24,000 bases of DNA from an archaeon. Lineage in GTDB: Archaea; Micrarchaeota; Micrarchaeia; Micrarchaeales; CABMGC01. Below, one piece after another: positions 15,094-21,426 of this stretch. The first letter of the stretch is position 1, and the number at the start of each line of letters is the position of its first letter. Under the pieces are notes generated by a model. It was not told the origin of the DNA, did no database searches, and worked only from the letters and a program-made list of their open reading frames with translations. Made by a program: the position numbers and the translations under genes. The stretch is taken from positions 2,485 to 26,484 of the forward strand of contig JBAMLI010000078.1 in the NCBI GenBank assembly GCA_039793645.1. The letters are read 5' to 3'.

Positions 15094-15321
15094 TTGAGAG
15101 GAAAAGAACCGCTAGTCACATGCGACAACTGTGGTAGAAAGGTGCCGAGGAGCAAGGCAGTAGTATTTGAAAAAGTGATAAGGTTTGACACAGAGACGCA
15201 TACTGGCAATGACGTCAAATTTTTCGAAAGAAGAAAGGTATACTACTGCATAAGCTGCGCTAAGCATGCAAAAATATTTGAGAAAAAGAAAGAGATAAGC
15301 ATGAGGAAGAAAAGCTTTTGA
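15094..15321 (+). CDS. rps26e: 30S ribosomal protein eS26 (S26e)
   Basis: 75 aa. VTCDNCGRKVPRSKAV and YYCISCAKHAKI match the two Cys pairs of eS26 (eukaryotic ..C.NC.RCVPKDKAI.. / ..YCVSCAIH..). TTG start with an AGGTG SD. Confidence 0.85.
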   Translation: MRGKEPLVTCDNCGRKVPRSKAVVFEKVIRFDTETHTGNDVKFFERRKVYYCISCAKHAKIFEKKKEISMRKKSF

Positions 15322-15377
15322 GGTGTTTTTGGGTGGTCGTCGACCCCAATGAACTGCTTATTTTCAAGCTTAGGGGT

Positions 15378-16352
15378 ATGACATTTGCCCCGAGCCAAAA
15401 ACCCTCTGCACAGGCTCCGTCTCAAAAGCCACAAATTCAGCCTAAAGGCACAACAGCGCAACAATCGCAGCAGGCGCAGCCTGCCAAGACACAGCCCAAG
15501 CCAAGCTCAGGCGCTGAGGTTGCAGCGCCAAAAGGGCAAGTTGCACCAAGTCCAAGCGATATTCGGCAGCAAAGAGGCAAGATGGTATTAGGTCTTGAGA
15601 ATGTGCCAGAGGTACCAGAAGCTAGAGAGATTGAAGAAGAGAACATGCGCATGTTTGCTCCACAGTACGCTTATTCTACAGAGGTGCAGTCGCCAAAAGG
15701 CCACAAAAAATTCACTAAGCTTGAGAAAGAAAGTATAGAAATGGCAAAAGGGATGGTATGCGTCAACCACCCTTGGAGGCCTGCCTATGCGATATGCAAC
15801 TACTGCAAAAGGCCTTTCTGCTTTGCTGACCTCATAGAATATAACGGGGCTTTCTACTGCCTTGAAGATATAGATAAAGTAGCTGGAAGCGCAGCAAAAG
15901 CAATGGAAACAAGCTTCAATTCATTCCTCTCTGTTTCAAGCCTCTTCTTATTCGTAACTTCAGCTTTGATGGGGTATTTTGTCTACCCGCAAGCAAAATT
16001 CCTGCTAAATTATATAGAGAGCGTTGGTTTCGCAGAATTTTTAAACCACCTTACATACAGCTATGGCCTCTCATTTACAAACCTCATTATAGCTATCTTA
16101 GGCATATTTGCTGGAGCCATGCTTCTCACAAAAAAGAGCAGGTGGTTTTATTTGAGTTGGGCGGTAGATTCATTTATCTTAGTTATCGCTAGCTACGAAT
16201 ATCTTGCTGTAGGCTCGCCATACCTGCTTGCAATAAGTATACTCTCATTTATAACTATGGGAACTCTTGCTTACAGCAGGATTTCCAAGGTCGCAGAAGA
16301 AGTTGTAGGCACAAGCGAAGAAATAAACTGGCCAAGAGTAGAGACGTTCTAA
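15378..16352 (+). CDS. Membrane protein with P/Q/A/K-rich N-terminus and B-box-type zinc-finger domain
   Basis: CVNHPWRPAYAICNYCKRPFCFADLIEYNGAFYCLEDI (nt 15759-15860) is followed by about 4 TM helices. I prefer the ATG at 15378 (MTFAPSQKP...) over the track's TTG at 15318, which overlaps the rps26e stop. Confidence 0.6.
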   Translation: MTFAPSQKPSAQAPSQKPQIQPKGTTAQQSQQAQPAKTQPKPSSGAEVAAPKGQVAPSPSDIRQQRGKMVLGLENVPEVPEAREIEEENMRMFAPQYAYSTEVQSPKGHKKFTKLEKESIEMAKGMVCVNHPWRPAYAICNYCKRPFCFADLIEYNGAFYCLEDIDKVAGSAAKAMETSFNSFLSVSSLFLFVTSALMGYFVYPQAKFLLNYIESVGFAEFLNHLTYSYGLSFTNLIIAILGIFAGAMLLTKKSRWFYLSWAVDSFILVIASYEYLAVGSPYLLAISILSFITMGTLAYSRISKVAEEVVGTSEEINWPRVETF

Positions 16353-16949
16353 TCAGATTATGGGATTATACATCTTATCGTTGAATTCATATGCGGTAAG
16401 GTCTTCGCCTCCTCCTTTGCTTATTCCCATATCATCAAATAGTTCGTCTTTGCTTCTATATTCCTTTACGCCTTTTTCAAGATCAACTGCTATAATACCT
16501 CCATTGAATTCAGAATAAACGACAAACTCCCTTTCTGAACCTTCAACCTTTATGACAATCTTTGTGGAGGCATTGCCTAATGCTATAATGAGGCTACACA
16601 GGAGTGTAGCTTTGTCAAATATGTCACCAGCGCCGCACCTAATCACTTCCTCAGGCTTGAGCCAAAATTGTATGGGTAAGCTTGCAAGGAAGATCTCATC
16701 TTTTACATAGCTGTAAGCTAGCCTAACTGCATCTGGAAAGTTGTCTTCATATTTGTATTCAGGAAAAGAGCTTTTTATTTTGTTGGCAACTCCTACTACG
16801 CTTTCATTGTCGGGCGTTATAAGCTTTGGAAGCTCAGCGACATAGAGGTTTTCATTTTCTTCAATGTAGTCTTTATAGCGCATTATTATCTCTAAGTAAA
16901 GCTGGTTGTACCTCTTCAAAGTCTCAATTTCCTTATCCTCCATATCCAT
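16353..16949 (-). CDS. Hypothetical protein (weak transglutaminase-like core resemblance, catalytic Cys apparently absent)
   Basis: 198-aa ORF with a clean frame, convergent with the upstream gene with a 0-nt gap. ...RCGAGDIFDKATLLCSLIIALG... loosely resembles the G-x-C-x-D-F-A....A.G helix of transglutaminase-like proteins, but Ile aligns at the Cys position. Confidence 0.5.
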   Translation of the reverse strand: MDMEDKEIETLKRYNQLYLEIIMRYKDYIEENENLYVAELPKLITPDNESVVGVANKIKSSFPEYKYEDNFPDAVRLAYSYVKDEIFLASLPIQFWLKPEEVIRCGAGDIFDKATLLCSLIIALGNASTKIVIKVEGSEREFVVYSEFNGGIIAVDLEKGVKEYRSKDELFDDMGISKGGGEDLTAYEFNDKMYNPII

Positions 16950-17018
16950 TTTAAAATTTGTACGGAAAACTCTATTATTCTATGTTTTTGTTTACTAGCA
17001 GAGCAGAAAAAGCGAAGG

Positions 17019-17093
17019 TGGGCCCGCGGAGATTTGAACTCCGGACCTCCCGATTATCAGTCGGGCGCTCCAACCAGGCTAAGCTACGAGCCC
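17019..17093 (-). tRNA. tRNA-Ile (anticodon GAU)
   Basis: Hand-folded cloverleaf of 75 nt. The acceptor is GGGCTCG/CGGGCCC (one G-U pair). The D stem is GCTT/GAGC. The anticodon stem CCCGA/TCGGG has loop CTGATAA. The T arm is CCGGA(G)TTCAAAT. The discriminator is A, there is no intron and CCA is not fully encoded. A TATA-like TAATATAAAAATAA lies upstream. Confidence 0.9.
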
Positions 17094-17215
17094 TCCAATA
17101 TATTTTGATGATTATTTTTATATTACTTTTGAGAATGCCTTTTATAACTTTGTTATACAAAAGTAAAAACTTCTGTTCTATTATTTATTAACTTTTTTGT
17201 CTCATTTTTAATATT

Positions 17216-18190
17216 ATGCTTTTCTTTTGCCTAATAGATTTATATAACCCGACAGTGGTAGGAGTATACTCTGCCCTTCTCATTGCATTTTTGCTTGGCA
17301 TAATTCATGGAATAACGCCTGATGAGCATACATGGCCAATAACATTTAGCTACGCCATCGGCTCTTACAGCACAAAGAAAGGTGCCAAGGCTGGGCTCCT
17401 ATTCTCGCTTGGCTTTACTGTCCAGAGGGCGATTTTTGCCGAACTTGCATACATTGCTCTAGCACCTCTTTTCTTCTCCGATTGGTTCGATGCTGTAGTT
17501 TTCGTGCTCGTTGGAATTGTCATGGCAATCTCAGGCTTCTATATATTGAGGAAGGATATCTACCTCCACTGGCATTGGCTTGCCAATGTAGTATGCAGAT
17601 TCTTCCACTCTTGCATAGGGGTGCACGATAAGGATATATATGAGAAGGAGGGATTAGGGAGCCACGACATGTTTGCAAGGCACAAGGTTCTTGAACCTAG
17701 GTCTGTGCCGCTTAGGCTTACTTTCATACATGGTCTTATAGCAGGATTTGGATTTGGTGCTTTTGCACTAATACTGTTTACAGTGATCGTCCCTGCAATG
17801 CCAAACGTTTGGGTTGCATGGGTCCCAGGCTTCCTCTACGGGCTAGGCACCATGGTGATGCAAGTAATACTTGGTGCAGCCATAGGTGCTTGGCTAAAAA
17901 AGAGAAAATTTGCAGAGAACCAGATCGCCTACATAGCCAGAAAGACTTCTGGAAGGATGCTTGCATATGGTGGAATTGCATTTTTCGTAGCTGGCATGTT
18001 GCTCTTTTTCTTCCCGAGCCTAAATGAATACAATATAGTAACCCCTTTGAAAATACACAACCTTGATTCTCTTGGAATTGGATTCTTCCTCGTTATTATC
18101 GTAATTGTAATTATAGCAATACCTTCATATAAGCTTGCCGTGAAGGAGGCAAAAGCACTTAAGCAGGAAAATGTAAATAGCAGAGATTAG
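17216..18190 (+). CDS. Integral membrane protein, possible metal-ion transporter (two TM bundles separated by a His/Cys-rich loop)
   Basis: 324 aa with about 8 TM helices. It has an IIHGITPDEHTWP motif in TM1 (reminiscent of H-x4-P-[GD]-H in NicO/RcnA-type proteins). The central loop is YLHWHWLANVVCRFFHSCIGVHDKD...GSHDMFARH (nt ~17549-17710). The functional call is tentative. Confidence 0.55.
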   Translation: MLFFCLIDLYNPTVVGVYSALLIAFLLGIIHGITPDEHTWPITFSYAIGSYSTKKGAKAGLLFSLGFTVQRAIFAELAYIALAPLFFSDWFDAVVFVLVGIVMAISGFYILRKDIYLHWHWLANVVCRFFHSCIGVHDKDIYEKEGLGSHDMFARHKVLEPRSVPLRLTFIHGLIAGFGFGAFALILFTVIVPAMPNVWVAWVPGFLYGLGTMVMQVILGAAIGAWLKKRKFAENQIAYIARKTSGRMLAYGGIAFFVAGMLLFFFPSLNEYNIVTPLKIHNLDSLGIGFFLVIIVIVIIAIPSYKLAVKEAKALKQENVNSRD

Positions 18191-19152
18191 CGCTCCTTCT
18201 TTTTTATAATCCTGCAAAATTTTTTAAGGTCTGCCTCCATCCTCTTTCTTGTTTTTGGAAACCTTAATGCTGCGGCAGGATGATATGTTATAAAATAAGT
18301 TATCCCTCCTCTATTTGTCTTCTTGCCATGGTTGGCTTCGATATTCTCTATTCCAAGCATAGCTTCTGCCGCTACCCTCCCTAATAGTATAATAAACTTT
18401 GGCTTTACAATCTCTATCTCCTTTTCCAAGAAAGGCTTGCATAGCTCAACCTCCTTTTTTGTCGGTTCCCTGTTCTTAGGAGGAAAAAACTGCACAACAC
18501 TTGTTATATAAAAATCTTCTCTGCTTAGCATTGCCTTCTTGAGCATCTCATCGAGAAGTCTACCGCTTCTTCCTACAAAAGGCCTTAGCATTTGATCTTC
18601 TACCTTACCAGGAGCTTGGCCAAGCAGCATAGCTTTTGCATTTAATGGCCCTTCTCCTGGGACAAATCTTTTGCCAAGGCTCCAGCCCCTCAATTTGCTT
18701 AACTGCTTGTATTTTTTGTTCAGCTCTTCCATTGCTTCATATCTTTTAATGTAGTCATAGGCTATTGTAAGCAACTGCTTCATGTCCTTGTACTTCATTC
18801 TTTCCATAGCCTTTTCATATCCAAGCCATACATATCCTTTATGTTCGGATGAAATCTTTATTGTAGCATTTTCACCGACTTTAGAAATGAAAGTGGCCAC
18901 TCTTTTAAGTACTCTTTCTTTGCCTTCAGAAAAGAAATACCTGTTTACATATTTGAAATATGGCAAAAACTCCACATCTAGCCCAGTTTCTTCTTTTATC
19001 TCCCGTTTTGCAGTCTCCATTGCAGTCTCATTATTCTCAAAATGCCCTTTGGGTATATCTAACTCATTTTTATGTGAGATAAGAAAAAGGAATTTTATCC
19101 TACCATTTTCTTTTTTGTATATAATGGCGCCTGCCGAAAAATCAAACATCAT
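18187..19152 (-). CDS. Nudix hydrolase / family-4-type uracil-DNA glycosylase fusion protein
   Basis: The N-terminus has a perfect Nudix box, GHFENNETAMETAKREIKEETGL (G-x5-E-x7-R-E-U-x-E-E-x-G-U, nt 18979-19047). The C-terminal UDG family 4 motifs are GEGPLNAKAMLLGQAPGKVEDQMLRPFVGRSGRLL and ...HPAAALR. The start is 6 nt after the archaeosortase stop. Confidence 0.85.
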   Translation of the reverse strand: MMFDFSAGAIIYKKENGRIKFLFLISHKNELDIPKGHFENNETAMETAKREIKEETGLDVEFLPYFKYVNRYFFSEGKERVLKRVATFISKVGENATIKISSEHKGYVWLGYEKAMERMKYKDMKQLLTIAYDYIKRYEAMEELNKKYKQLSKLRGWSLGKRFVPGEGPLNAKAMLLGQAPGKVEDQMLRPFVGRSGRLLDEMLKKAMLSREDFYITSVVQFFPPKNREPTKKEVELCKPFLEKEIEIVKPKFIILLGRVAAEAMLGIENIEANHGKKTNRGGITYFITYHPAAALRFPKTRKRMEADLKKFCRIIKKKER

Positions 19153-19158
19153 AAGAAA

Positions 19159-20664
19159 CTACCTGAACAACTTTTCATTTAAGCAATATGCGCTTTCAAG
19201 CCTGCTCATGGTTGTGGAGTTGTAAATTCCAAGGTTGAAGAGACTATAAAATGTGCTGTATAAATGGGAGTAGTTGCAGCTCAATCCAAGGAAGCCTGCG
19301 CTCTCAGGCATGACCGCATATTCAGCCATTATGCCATACCCTCCATTGTAGACATATGGCACTTTTTTGATTGCTACAAAATAGACAGAATTATTGTAAT
19401 ATACCTCATATATCTCGGTGTTTATCCCATCACTCCCCATGAAGGTAGCATGAGCTTCTATGCTAACGTTTGAAAAGAGCGCCTTTTCTGCCTCTTTGTT
19501 TGGAGGCTCAACAAGCATCGATATTGGATTGCTTGCATTGAATGTTGAGTTTGCAAAGAGTATCACCTCAGAAGAGTTTGAGAATGTATATGAAATGTAG
19601 TGGAAGCCTGTAGCGTTTACGCTGCTGGCTATGAATCTATCAAATTCAGCCCCTTCAAGAGGCGTTGAGCTGTGAGGAATTGCAGGAGAGAAGGAAGCGC
19701 TATTGGCATAGTTTGAAAAAATGGCTAGATAAATAAGTGCATATATTATAGGAAGAGCGAGCGAGAAAATTGCGAGCCTGCTGTATCTCTCTTTTACCCT
19801 CGATTTCTTTCCTTTTTCTATCTTGGGAATTTTAAGGCCAAACAGGCTCGGAATGAGAACAATTATTACTACTGTTGCATAGAATATTGCCATGCCTGCA
19901 AAGCTGTGCGCAAATGAGGCGCTTGCATTTGGCCCATAATAGAACCATGAGAGTGCAATGCCGAACATCCTTGCGATGTTCAACAAAAGAAGCACCGCGA
20001 ATCCAGAGAGCACCCAAAGAACCTTCTTGCTTGCTTTGCCCTCGAAAAGGTAAGCAAGCGGTATAAGAAACATCACAATTCCTATAAGTGCACCTATGCC
20101 CGCACAGCTTTCTCCAATACCCAATGTATAGTTCTTCCCTATTATGCTTATGGGCGGCACAAATATGATGCTCTTGTCAAGCGCATGCAATACCCAATAT
20201 ACTATATATGCATTCATCTCGGCAAACACTTGGTTGAATGCAAACAAAGGAGCAAGCAAAATTGGAGAAGCAAACATTGAATATATTAATAGGGCTTTGA
20301 ATTTGTTGATTTCCCTGAGCCCAAACATGGTTATGGCTATGCTTGCTATTGCCAACGGAAAGACAAGCATGTCAAGCCTGAAGCTCATGAAGAGGAATGA
20401 AAAGTAGTAGCGGAGATAAAATATTAAGAGCAAGAGAGCTGCAAACAGAGACAATCCAATTAAAATATCTTGCCACTTTGCACTAGGCTCTATCTTTTGC
20501 TTGAAGACAAATATCCCAAAAAGCGGGAGCATAATCATTGGTACAACGATATATGTAGAAGGATCTGTGTCAAGTATGCTGCTAGGCGTAGCCATCAATG
20601 GGTTGAAAAGCATTATCACCAAAGCAGCTATGAAAGCAGCGATATATACAATTCTTTTTTTCAT
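19159..20664 (-). CDS. Archaeosortase/exosortase-family membrane protein with extra C-terminal TM and extracytoplasmic domain
   Basis: A polytopic N-terminal ~320 aa carries the family triad context: LGIGESCAGIGALIG (Cys), LLLLNIARMFGIAL (Arg) and AHSFAGMAIFY (His). One more TM and a ~180-aa domain with 8 N-x-S/T sequons follow. I prefer the ATG at 20664 (MKKRIVYIAAF...) because a GAGGA SD lies 7 nt upstream. The track start is the GTG at 20697. Confidence 0.65.
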   Translation of the reverse strand: MKKRIVYIAAFIAALVIMLFNPLMATPSSILDTDPSTYIVVPMIMLPLFGIFVFKQKIEPSAKWQDILIGLSLFAALLLLIFYLRYYFSFLFMSFRLDMLVFPLAIASIAITMFGLREINKFKALLIYSMFASPILLAPLFAFNQVFAEMNAYIVYWVLHALDKSIIFVPPISIIGKNYTLGIGESCAGIGALIGIVMFLIPLAYLFEGKASKKVLWVLSGFAVLLLLNIARMFGIALSWFYYGPNASASFAHSFAGMAIFYATVVIIVLIPSLFGLKIPKIEKGKKSRVKERYSRLAIFSLALPIIYALIYLAIFSNYANSASFSPAIPHSSTPLEGAEFDRFIASSVNATGFHYISYTFSNSSEVILFANSTFNASNPISMLVEPPNKEAEKALFSNVSIEAHATFMGSDGINTEIYEVYYNNSVYFVAIKKVPYVYNGGYGIMAEYAVMPESAGFLGLSCNYSHLYSTFYSLFNLGIYNSTTMSRLESAYCLNEKLFR

Positions 20665-20749
20665 CAAATCGTCCTCAGTCGATATAGGCTTCATCACCTT
20701 TCAGCAGTTACTCTATTCTTCACAGGACAGATTTACTTCTGATTCTACA

Positions 20750-20757
20750 TATATAAA
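20750..20757. promoter_or_regulatory. TATATAAA box upstream of archease (leaderless geometry), possibly bidirectional
   Basis: It ends 23 nt before the archease ATG at 20781. The same near-palindromic ATATAT core faces the divergent archaeosortase gene. Confidence 0.4.
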
Positions 20758-20780
20758 TTTAATCATTTTCAATAGAACAT

Positions 20781-21215
20781 ATGCAACGGATAAAATTTAG
20801 ATACCTGCCCCATACAGCAGATGTAAAGTTTGTAGCATATGGGAAAAGCTTTAAGGAAGCATTGGAGAATGCAGCAAAAGCGATGCTTGGCATAATGCTC
20901 GATATTAAAAAAATAGAAAATTCTAGCGCTAAGCCAAAGAGTATACAAATAAATGAATCTGCAAGCACAAAGGAGGACCTTGTGTGGTTTACTTTGCAGG
21001 ACCTGCTCTCAAAGATAGATGAAAAAGCACTTAATGCGTATGATTTTAAGGTAACCAAGCTTGAAGGGGTGAAAAAGCTAAAGCTTAAGGGCAAGCTTTT
21101 CTTCAAAGAAGTAGGGAAGGATTACCATCTTTTGGAGATAAAAGCAGTAACGCCGCATGATCTGCGGGTCGAAAAGGCAGAGAATTGGAAAGTTTTTGTA
21201 TTAGTTGATGTTTAG
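20781..21215 (+). CDS. Archease (RtcB tRNA-ligase / tRNA m5C methyltransferase cofactor family)
   Basis: 144 aa. FRYLPHTADVKFVAYGKSFKEALENAAKAM (the H-T-A-D...G.....a signature), and the C-terminal ...EIKAVTPHDLRV... is typical of archease. Confidence 0.85.
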   Translation: MQRIKFRYLPHTADVKFVAYGKSFKEALENAAKAMLGIMLDIKKIENSSAKPKSIQINESASTKEDLVWFTLQDLLSKIDEKALNAYDFKVTKLEGVKKLKLKGKLFFKEVGKDYHLLEIKAVTPHDLRVEKAENWKVFVLVDV

Positions 21216-21260
21216 CAATCTCTTGAATTTCAGTAAGCAGCTCTTTTTGGCATTATTAAG

Positions 21261-21331
21261 AGCCAGGAGAGGGAGTCGAACCCCCCTTTGCCGCTCTGCA
21301 GGCGGCCGCATAGCCGATCTGCCATCCTGGC
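21261..21331 (-). tRNA. tRNA-Cys (anticodon GCA)
   Basis: Hand-folded, 71 nt. The acceptor is GCCAGGA/TCCTGGC. The anticodon stem GCCGC/GCGGC has loop CTGCAGA. The T arm is GGGGG-TTCGACT-CCCTC. The discriminator is U, the tRNA-Cys identity element. The D stem is short (3 bp). A TATA-like CTATTTAAAAAG lies upstream. Confidence 0.9.
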
Positions 21332-21426
21332 ATTAGGTTTTTGGCTTCTTTTTAAATAGTTTTTTGTTTATATTTATGCAGGGAAGGTATTTAATTTTTA
21401 AATAAAAATGTTTTTATGGGATTTGG

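Noticed and set aside
15322-15350. GGTCGTCGACC palindrome after rps26e as a possible terminator hairpin
   Set aside because: The arms are adjacent, with a 1-nt loop, so a hairpin is sterically unlikely. Archaeal terminators are usually oligo-T runs. It is probably a chance SalI-type palindrome.
15318-15377. TTG-initiated 20-aa extension (MRCFWVVVDPNELLIFKLRG) of the B-box membrane protein overlapping the rps26e stop
   Set aside because: It is hydrophobic and odd, with no SD. The first ATG (15378) begins the P/Q-rich region. I cannot exclude the extension, but there is no support for it.
16353-16949. Calling the 198-aa protein a transglutaminase-like protease
   Set aside because: Only one helix loosely matches. 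In my by-eye alignment Ile sits at the catalytic Cys position, and I could not place His or Asp. It is left as hypothetical.
16958-17191. 77-aa (+) and 61-aa (-) ORFs in the 16950-17215 gap
   Set aside because: Both run straight through the tRNA-Ile gene (17019-17093) and AT-rich promoter sequence, so they are spurious.
20759-21106. 115-aa minus-strand ORF overlapping archease, plus the plus-strand ORFs 20470-20800 overlapping the archaeosortase 5' end
   Set aside because: The archease and archaeosortase-like frames carry family motifs and the overlapping frames do not. They also span the shared promoter.
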